Virus record (IMG/VR): IMGVR_UViG_2703718787_000005
Length of the DNA: 4,733 nt
Origin: a virus
Taxonomy: Duplodnaviria > Heunggongvirae > Uroviricota > Caudoviricetes
Strand: one strand, 5' to 3'
Part shown: in pieces, positions 1-4,308 of the stretch
Position numbering within the stretch: the stretch's first letter is position 1
Layout: each line of letters opens with the position of its first letter
The notes under the pieces: model-generated
Seen by the model: only the letters and a program-made list of their open reading frames with translations
Told to the model about the DNA's origin: nothing
The model's database searches: none
Made by a program: the position numbers and the translations under genes

Positions 1-177
1 TGACCTCATTTCCCCTTAACGCCGGGGTAGCGGAACAAAAACCTGCTGCATAGTTATTAAAGTTGAACCCTGCCGTCATGTTCTTACGCCTCGGGCTGGC
101 TACTTAACCCCTGACCACTGCCTGGTAACTCGAAGTATTGCCTGGCGTTCTGTGGGGCGGGGTGGGTTGATGAAATA

Positions 178-206
178 ATGATGCACTTTTAAAGTTATGA
201 TGTCAA
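178..206 (-). promoter_or_regulatory. pL-like early leftward promoter (candidate): -35 TTGACA (minus strand, plus coords 206..201), 17-bp spacer, -10 CATCAT (183..178)
   Basis: Seen in sequence: plus-strand TGTCAA at 201-206 is a perfect TTGACA on the minus strand; 17 bp further along is CATCAT (4/6 to TATAAT, with A2 and T6 kept). Operator copies sit in the spacer and just upstream of -35. Orientation and position match lambda pL by inference only. Confidence 0.4.
184..196. promoter_or_regulatory. Operator copy oL-a, CACTTTTAAAGTT (core palindrome ACTTTnAAAGT), inside the pL-like spacer
   Basis: Exact reverse complement of the 13-mer at 1246-1258 in the repressor/cro intergenic region. The core 185-195 is a perfect 11-bp palindrome around a central base. 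Flanked on both sides by ATGATG (178-183 and 197-202). Confidence 0.55.
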
Positions 207-219
207 CACTTATAAAGTT
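207..219. promoter_or_regulatory. Operator copy oL-b, CACTTATAAAGTT (12/13 to oL-a), abutting the pL-like -35
   Basis: One mismatch to the 184-196 13-mer, same orientation, 23 bp downstream of it (start to start, equal to centre to centre). Confidence 0.5.
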
Positions 220-228
220 AGCTTTTGA

Positions 229-258
229 TCAATAAAAACCGCCTCGTGTGAAGCGGTT
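229..258 (-). terminator. Rho-independent terminator candidate downstream of the toxin gene
   Basis: Minus-strand RNA would form a 6-bp stem AACCGC/GCGGUU (plus 237-242 pairing with 253-258) with a 10-nt loop, followed by UUUUUAUU (plus 229-236). No U-tract in the plus direction, so it is unidirectional. It starts 17 nt after the toxin stop. The loop is large, so strength is uncertain. Confidence 0.45.
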
Positions 259-274
259 CTGCGAAAAAAGAGGA

Positions 275-556
275 TTATCCAGGAAATTGTCGTCTGGAGT
301 GGGTGACACTTACTATTTCAACACTCGAAGCGGCTACACGGTACAGAATGATATAGTTAGGATGAGCTACAATCTCACGCAAGCCAAACGCTCTGTCGCT
401 TGATGGGTATAAGTACGGATGTTCAGATAAAGCTAAAACACATGTCTCAATGCGAATCTTTAGCCTGCGTGCGGCATGGAGATTTTCTTTTGCAATATAG
501 GCTACGATCTGACGTAAATCATCACGTGCAGAAGGTAGCCATAAAATGGGCAGCAT
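275..556 (-). CDS. parE2: Type II toxin, ParE/RelE superfamily (ParE-like), 93 aa
   Basis: ORF track protein MLPILWLPSARDDLRQIVAYIAKEN...EIVAHPNYIILYRVAASSVEIVSVTHSRRQFPG has the length and motif pattern I associate with ParE toxins (N-terminal DL..I..YIA, central EHPYLYP, C-terminal YIILYRV...VEI..V.H.RR). Its ATG overlaps the upstream antitoxin stop by one base (TAATG at 558..554). The symbol rests on remembered resemblance to the paaA2-parE2 pair of E. coli O157 prophage; no alignment was run. Confidence 0.85.
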   Translation of the reverse strand: MLPILWLPSARDDLRQIVAYIAKENLHAARRLKIRIETCVLALSEHPYLYPSSDRAFGLREIVAHPNYIILYRVAASSVEIVSVTHSRRQFPG

Positions 557-747
557 TACACACTCCCGCTAGTCGCAGCAATTTGGGCAATGAGATTTTC
601 CATTTCTGCCATTACATCATCATGAGGAATTGCAGGGCGCGGATCTGCAAGATTTGCAGCTACTTTTGCACGTAGCCATTCGTTGTAATTATTTTCTTGC
701 TCAACGGTTTCAAACTCAGAAACCATCGGCGAAAGGGCAGTGTTCAT
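556..747 (-). CDS. paaA2: Type II antitoxin, PaaA2/ParD-like, 63 aa (MNTALSPMVSEFETVEQENNYNEWLRAKV...)
   Basis: I trimmed the 84-aa track ORF to the internal ATG at 747..745, which has a strong RBS (AAGGAGGT, 5-nt spacer). The longer version would overlap the repressor 3' end out of frame and has no RBS. The first ~45 residues match my recollection of PaaA2 antitoxin; the C-terminal ~18 residues do not match what I remember. The stop overlaps the toxin start. Confidence 0.8.
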   Translation of the reverse strand: MNTALSPMVSEFETVEQENNYNEWLRAKVAANLADPRPAIPHDDVMAEMENLIAQIAATSGSV

Positions 748-776
748 AACATACCTCCTTTGGCTTATGATGTAGA

Positions 777-1184
777 CTATGCTCGGTGCCCTTTCTGGGC
801 AGCGAGCCATCTTGCAACAGTGCGCTCCATTGATTCTTTTTTGTCTTTCATGTCTTTAAGCATTTTTTCTTGATCTTCCTCTGGAAATGCTCCGAATGTT
901 TGAAGCAGTTCCATTTGCCTGGGGCCTATTTTCATAGTATCTGGCACCACAACCTGCTCTTCTTCGTTTGGCGGTAACATAAACCAATATGGGGGATAAC
1001 CCGTTACTTCAGAAAGTTTATCAAGATTAGCTGTTGATGGACTTGTGATTCCGTGAACCCACTTTTGTACCGATTGCTGGGCAACACCAATCCTGCGGGC
1101 TAGTTCTGCCTGCTTAAGTCCTGTTTTTTCCAGTACCAATTTTATTCGGTACGTGGTTATTTCAAGGGTGGTCATTCGCTTCAT
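777..1184 (-). CDS. paaR2: Prophage repressor, XRE-family HTH, cI analogue (PaaR2-like), 135 aa, no S24/LexA-like autocleavage domain
   Basis: N-terminal HTH (LEKTGLKQAELARRIGVAQQSVQKWVHG). Divergent from the cro-like gene across a 107-bp operator/promoter region. At 135 aa it is too short for a peptidase S24 domain, and no Ala-Gly / GDSM-type motifs are visible. No Shine-Dalgarno precedes the ATG, so it may be leaderless. The symbol is inferred from gene context and is not verified. Confidence 0.8.
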   Translation of the reverse strand: MKRMTTLEITTYRIKLVLEKTGLKQAELARRIGVAQQSVQKWVHGITSPSTANLDKLSEVTGYPPYWFMLPPNEEEQVVVPDTMKIGPRQMELLQTFGAFPEEDQEKMLKDMKDKKESMERTVARWLAAQKGHRA

Positions 1185-1190
1185 GCATTC

Positions 1191-1219
1191 ATTTTACATA
1201 AAAAAAGTGTAACTAGCAC
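1191..1219 (-). promoter_or_regulatory. pRM-like maintenance promoter (candidate) giving a leaderless repressor mRNA: -10 TAAAAT (1196..1191), poor -35 near 1214-1219
   Basis: The minus-strand hexamer TAAAAT ends 7 nt before the repressor ATG (1184), which has no SD. The -35 is weak, as expected for an activator-dependent promoter. By inference this is the lambda pRM arrangement. Confidence 0.3.
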
Positions 1220-1222
1220 AAT

Positions 1223-1235
1223 CAGCTTAAAGGTG
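1223..1235. promoter_or_regulatory. Weaker operator-like site (oR2-like), CAGCTTAAAGGTG, 9/13 to the operator 13-mer
   Basis: Centre at 1229, 23 bp from the oR1-like centre at 1252 and about 45 bp upstream of the putative pRM start. That is the position from which lambda CI activates pRM. Degenerate, so speculative. Confidence 0.3.
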
Positions 1236-1264
1236 TTGATAAACTAACTTTAAAAGTGTATAAA
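1236..1264 (+). promoter_or_regulatory. pR-like early rightward promoter: -35 TTGATA (1236-1241), 17-bp spacer, -10 TATAAA (1259-1264)
   Basis: Near-consensus sigma70 elements with ideal spacing, about 28 nt upstream of the cro-like ATG; an operator sits in the spacer. Confidence 0.6.
1246..1258. promoter_or_regulatory. Operator oR1-like, AACTTTAAAAGTG (core palindrome ACTTTnAAAGT), inside the pR spacer
   Basis: Identical 13-mer, in inverted orientation, to 184-196; the core 1247-1257 is a perfect palindrome around a central base. Confidence 0.6.
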
Positions 1265-1291
1265 TCATGGTGATTCACTGGAGATAACGAT

Positions 1292-1558
1292 ATGCATGAA
1301 TGTTTAAAAAATAAAATTCACCAAAGAGGGTTATCCCAAGCAGGTATTGCTCGTTTGATTGGATTACCGCAACAGGTTGTGTCTCGATGGGCTAATGGTC
1401 AGCAGGTCCCTGCATCAAGGGTTCTGCAACTTTGTGAGATTATGGCGTGGGAGGTTACCCCCCACGAACTCCGACCTGATATTTATCCTAACCCAACAGA
1501 CGGCTTGCCTGCTGAGTTTCAGACTAGCACACAGCCAGCGACGGGAGTTGATTCATGA
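1292..1558 (+). CDS. ydaS: Cro-like HTH regulator, YdaS family, 88 aa
   Basis: SD GGAG 8 nt upstream. HTH (GLSQAGIARLIGLPQQVVSRWANG) followed by the ...ELRPDIYP... motif I associate with YdaS-family Cro analogues of Rac-type prophages. Divergent from the repressor. The stop overlaps the next start (ATGA). Confidence 0.8.
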   Translation: MHECLKNKIHQRGLSQAGIARLIGLPQQVVSRWANGQQVPASRVLQLCEIMAWEVTPHELRPDIYPNPTDGLPAEFQTSTQPATGVDS

Positions 1559-1980
1559 AAATCAAGCATGAGCACATCCGCATGGCGATGAATGCCTGGG
1601 CATATCCTGACGGTGAGAAGGTGCCAGCTGCTGCTATTGCCAGAGCGTATTTTGAACTGGGGATGACATATCCCGAGTTGCACAACGACGACAGGCACAA
1701 CGCGCTCTATCTCAACACCCAAAAGATTTTCCGTTGGCTGGATAAAGACACTCCTGATGCTGTTGAGAAAATTCAGGCATTGTTACCGGCGATCGAAAGG
1801 GCAATGCCACCTCCGCTGGTAGCCCGAATGCGCAGCCACAGTTCCGCTTATTTTCGGGAGCTGGTGGAGACGCAGGAACGGCTAGTGAAAGATATCGATG
1901 ATTTCGTTGCATCAGCGATCGTTCTGTTCGACCAGATGAATCGTGGTGGTCCGGCGGGTAATTCCGTGGCTGTGCATTGA
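1555..1980 (+). CDS. ydaT: YdaT-family protein (annotated in databases as 'toxin YdaT'; functionally a CII analogue), 141 aa
   Basis: Starts MKIKHEHI, as I recall for Rac YdaT. SD GGGAG 7 nt upstream. ATGA overlap with the cro-like gene. It sits where lambda has cII. Confidence 0.8.
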   Translation: MKIKHEHIRMAMNAWAYPDGEKVPAAAIARAYFELGMTYPELHNDDRHNALYLNTQKIFRWLDKDTPDAVEKIQALLPAIERAMPPPLVARMRSHSSAYFRELVETQERLVKDIDDFVASAIVLFDQMNRGGPAGNSVAVH

Positions 1981-2051
1981 CTGAAAATATTTATACCGGA
2001 TCGCTTCCGGCAATTCGTGAGTAAAAAGATTCGGTCTCAGAAGAGGTGAGT

Positions 2052-3092
2052 ATGGCTAATGCCTGGCTCAGATTATGGCATGACATGCCAAATGACCCTA
2101 AGTGGCGAACAATTTCCAGGGTGTCAGGACAGCCAATCGCAACAGTGATGGCTGTGTATATCCACCTTCTGGTGAGCGCGTCACGAAATGTCACGACATG
2201 TCACGGCGTGTCACTACGTGGTCACATTGATGTCACAACGGAAGATTTAGCAAGTGCACTTGATGTGACGGAAGAAGTAATTGATTCAATTTTGCAGGCG
2301 ATGCAGGGGCGGGTGCTTGATGGAGATTTAATCACTGGATGGGAAAAACGCCAGGTAGCGAAAGAGGATAACGGCAACGTTTCGCAAACCGCGAAATCCC
2401 CGGCAGAGCGTAAGAGAGCACAACGCGAGAGGGAAAAATTACGAAAACAGAATGAGGGGTGTCACGATGAGTCACGCATATGTCACGACATGTCACTACG
2501 AGTCACGACAGATAAAGATACAGATAAAGAATTAAACCCCACACATAACGCGCGCATGCGCGAGAGTGCTCCAACCGGTGAGTCGCATGGTGCGCCGTTG
2601 CAGACAGCCGAACCTGAATACCTGGACGGCCTGAGCGAACCGATCGGGAAATTTTCGATGACTACTGTCTGGCAGCCGTCGTCGGATTTTCGACAACGGG
2701 CAGCAGTGTGGGGTATGGCTCTGCCTGAGCCGGAATTTACACCTGCAGAGCTTGCCGCATTCCGGGATTACTGGATGGCGGAGGGGAAGGTTTTCACGCA
2801 GGTTCAGTGGGAGCAGAAATTTGCCCGCCACGTGCAGCACGTCAGGGCACAGGTAAAACCAGTCAGCAAGGGGGTAAACCATGCAGCAGCACCAGGTGGC
2901 ACCGCATCACGGGCAGTTCAGGAAATTCGGGCAGCACGTGAGCAGTGGGAACGTGAAAACGGATTTATCAGCGACGGAAACGGCCTGGAAGCTGTGGGAG
3001 CTTATGGGGGAGGTGTATTCGAACCGCTGGACTCAGAAGAACGGGGCCGCACCTTCGAAGCTCTGGATTGCCCAGATTGGTGCGATGACTGA
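2052..3092 (+). CDS. Replication initiator (lambda O analogue): replisome-organizer-type N-terminal domain, linker, DnaT-like C-terminal domain
   Basis: I take the start at ATG 2052 (SD AAGAGGTGA upstream); the track ORF begins at an in-frame GTG at 2046. N-terminal motifs W.RLWHDMPNDPKW ... TGWEKRQ resemble the phage replisome organizer N-terminal domain. The C-terminal part (FSMTTVWQPSSDF...FTPAELAAFRDYWMAEGKVFT) resembles the DnaT-like domain common in phage initiators. Two iteron arrays lie inside the gene. Family assignments are from memory. Confidence 0.8.
   Translation: MANAWLRLWHDMPNDPKWRTISRVSGQPIATVMAVYIHLLVSASRNVTTCHGVSLRGHIDVTTEDLASALDVTEEVIDSILQAMQGRVLDGDLITGWEKRQVAKEDNGNVSQTAKSPAERKRAQREREKLRKQNEGCHDESRICHDMSLRVTTDKDTDKELNPTHNARMRESAPTGESHGAPLQTAEPEYLDGLSEPIGKFSMTTVWQPSSDFRQRAAVWGMALPEPEFTPAELAAFRDYWMAEGKVFTQVQWEQKFARHVQHVRAQVKPVSKGVNHAAAPGGTASRAVQEIRAAREQWERENGFISDGNGLEAVGAYGGGVFEPLDSEERGRTFEALDCPDWCDD
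2180..2236. repeat. Iteron array 1: six direct GTCAC-containing repeats at 10/10/10/11/11-bp spacing
   Basis: GTCAC starts at 2180, 2190, 2200, 2210, 2221 and 2232, all in the same orientation and on a helical-repeat period, inside the N-terminal domain coding region. Shares an exact 17-mer with array 2. Confidence 0.7.
2461..2506. repeat. Iteron array 2: five direct GTCAC-containing repeats at 10/11/10/10-bp spacing
   Basis: GTCAC starts at 2461, 2471, 2482, 2492 and 2502, in the linker-coding region of the initiator. This is the position where lambda ori lies within O. Confidence 0.75.
2461..2562. other. Probable origin of replication: iteron array 2, then an AT-rich stretch with GATAAAGA x2 (2509-2536), then a 12-bp perfect palindrome CGCGCATGCGCG (2551-2562)
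   Basis: The iterons / AT-rich / palindrome order is what I recall for lambda ori, but that is recollection. All three elements are directly visible in the sequence. Confidence 0.5.
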
Positions 3093-3546
3093 ACAGCAAA
3101 TCCGTCTGGTCTGTCGTCAGTGCATGGACCGCTGCCGGGCGGGTGAAACGTGGCCCCCGGACCTGGCTGAGTTTGTTGCACTGATTTCGGAGAGTGGGGC
3201 AAATCCATTTGGTCTTACGGTGGATGCAGTGATGGAAGAGTACCGGCGCTGGCGCAATGAATCCTGGCGATACGACGGGAGTGATAAATACCCGTGGCCA
3301 CAGCCTGTGCTGTACCACATTTGCCTCGAGATGCGCACCAGAGGGATTGAACGTCAGATGACTGAAAGTGAGCTGAAACGACTTGCGGAACGACTGTTGA
3401 CCAAATGGGCAAAGAATGTTGGTAACGGCATGAGTGTTCCGCCAGTGCGACGACAACTGGAAGGGCCAAAACACCCGCCAGGGCCAACGCCAATTGAGTT
3501 ACTGAAACAGGAATATGAGCGCCGGAAAGCGGCTGGTTTTGTCTGA
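2881..3546 (+). CDS. Lambda P-like replication protein (helicase loader), up to 221 aa; start uncertain (ATG 2881, 3004 or 3085)
   Basis: The C-terminal two thirds align by eye with lambda P as I remember it (YPW motif; MTESELKRLAERLL vs LTDAELRRKAADEL; FVALISESGA vs FVAWCREEA). Resemblance seems to continue upstream of the ATG at 3085, which favours 3004 or 2881. ATG 2881 has the best RBS (AAGGGGG, 6-nt spacer) but overlaps the O-like gene by 212 nt out of frame. Gene finders that forbid long overlaps would probably call 3085. Confidence 0.65.
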   Translation: MQQHQVAPHHGQFRKFGQHVSSGNVKTDLSATETAWKLWELMGEVYSNRWTQKNGAAPSKLWIAQIGAMTEQQIRLVCRQCMDRCRAGETWPPDLAEFVALISESGANPFGLTVDAVMEEYRRWRNESWRYDGSDKYPWPQPVLYHICLEMRTRGIERQMTESELKRLAERLLTKWAKNVGNGMSVPPVRRQLEGPKHPPGPTPIELLKQEYERRKAAGFV

Positions 3547-3579
3547 ATTTGAGAAATGATTTTGTCGGAGGAAATTTTA

Positions 3580-4293
3580 ATGGAAACCGTTTTTGACGCA
3601 CTGAAAGCACTGAAAAGAGCCTCTTCACAGGAGGTGTCGGCCCGCCTTGGAATCAGCCGCGAAGATGCTGTCAACGAGCTGTGGAAGCTGAAACGCCGTG
3701 GTGAAGCTGATAACAAGGGGTCGATGTGGTGGCTGACGAGTGAGGCAACTGAAATGGCCACAAAAACCACTGCGGAGATGCTGATTAACGCAATTGAACA
3801 GCATGGTCCTCAGTCGGCTGACGAACTGGCGTTAATGTTCGGGATTACCTCCCGCCGGGCGAATTCAACGCTGGCAATGGCAATAAGCAAAGGTCGTCTG
3901 ATTCGAGTAAATCAGAACGGTAAATTTCGTTACTGCCTGCCGGGCGATAATTTACCAGCAGAGCCGAAAGCTGCATCGGTAACGGAAACTGCTGGTAAAG
4001 CCTTTCCTCAGCCAGCAGGTGTTGCGTTACCAGTCCGGGAAGCGGAAACACAGGAAGAAATTAAAACTGAAAGTGTGGCGGTCACAGTGCAGTCACAGCC
4101 GTCGTTCACCAGAAAGCATCCGGATAGTCTGATTTTACCATCGCTGCATGTGGCTAACCGCGAACTGCGCCGGGCAAAAGGTCAGGTTCAGAAGTGGGAG
4201 CGAGTCTGTGCTGCGCTGCGTGAGCTGAACAAGCACCGGGATATTGTCCGACAGATTGTCGATTCCTCCAGTCGTATTGTGTCGGAAAAGTGA
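3580..4293 (+). CDS. Hypothetical phage protein with two winged-helix-like modules and a C-terminal coiled-coil-like region, 237 aa
   Basis: I take the start at ATG 3580 (SD GGAGG, 8-nt spacer) rather than the track's 3556. Two internally similar ~55-aa modules (…[38 protein letters not shown] and …[43 protein letters not shown]), a Pro/Ala/Glu-rich linker, and a charged helical C-terminus. Function unknown. Confidence 0.7.
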   Translation: METVFDALKALKRASSQEVSARLGISREDAVNELWKLKRRGEADNKGSMWWLTSEATEMATKTTAEMLINAIEQHGPQSADELALMFGITSRRANSTLAMAISKGRLIRVNQNGKFRYCLPGDNLPAEPKAASVTETAGKAFPQPAGVALPVREAETQEEIKTESVAVTVQSQPSFTRKHPDSLILPSLHVANRELRRAKGQVQKWERVCAALRELNKHRDIVRQIVDSSSRIVSEK

Positions 4294-4308
4294 TTGCCGG
4301 AGGTACTT

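Noticed and set aside
151-170. G-quadruplex in the G-rich tract TGTGGGGCGGGGTGGGTTGA
   Set aside because: Only three G-runs are present; a canonical quadruplex needs four.
400-675. 91-aa plus-strand ORF antisense to the toxin-antitoxin pair
   Set aside because: Entirely embedded opposite two well-supported, translationally coupled genes; no RBS and no recognisable protein features.
556-810. The 84-aa version of the antitoxin ORF starting at 810 (MARCPERAPS...)
   Set aside because: Its first 21 codons overlap the repressor 3' end out of frame and have no RBS. The internal ATG at 747 has a strong AAGGAGGT RBS and gives a 63-aa protein typical of this antitoxin family.
750-850. An independent promoter for the toxin-antitoxin pair inside the repressor 3' end
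   Set aside because: The only -35-like hexamer (TTGCAA, 812-817) has no acceptable -10 at 16-19 bp spacing. Read-through from the repressor promoter is the simpler reading, though a weak promoter cannot be excluded without mapping.
1292-1980. The ydaS/ydaT pair as a second toxin-antitoxin system
   Set aside because: Despite the family name, the position (divergent from the repressor, ahead of the replication genes) and HTH content fit Cro-like and CII-like regulators.
1996-2010. Hairpin CCGGA-TCGCT-TCCGG between the CII-like and initiator genes as a terminator
   Set aside because: Only a 5-bp stem and no downstream U-tract. At most a weak structure or chance palindrome.
1359-2194. Alternative-frame and antisense ORFs 1359..1571 (+), 1519..1722 (-), 1712..1912 (-) and 1991..2194 (-)
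   Set aside because: They overlap the cro-like, CII-like or initiator genes; no RBS or recognisable domains.
2180-2506. CRISPR array as an explanation for the regularly spaced GTCAC repeats
   Set aside because: The period is only 10-11 bp with no spacer-sized unique segments, and the repeats lie inside a replication initiator gene; this is iteron architecture.
2509-2540. DnaA boxes in the AT-rich origin segment
   Set aside because: GATAAAGA repeats do not match the TTATCCACA-type consensus on either strand.
2532-3770. Minus-strand ORFs 2532..2882, 2968..3474, 3002..3208, 3117..3338, 3215..3628 and 3354..3770
   Set aside because: All are antisense to the O-like, P-like and winged-helix genes, which have family resemblance and good start contexts. 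Their translations are Arg/Ser/Pro/Cys-rich, typical of out-of-frame reads.
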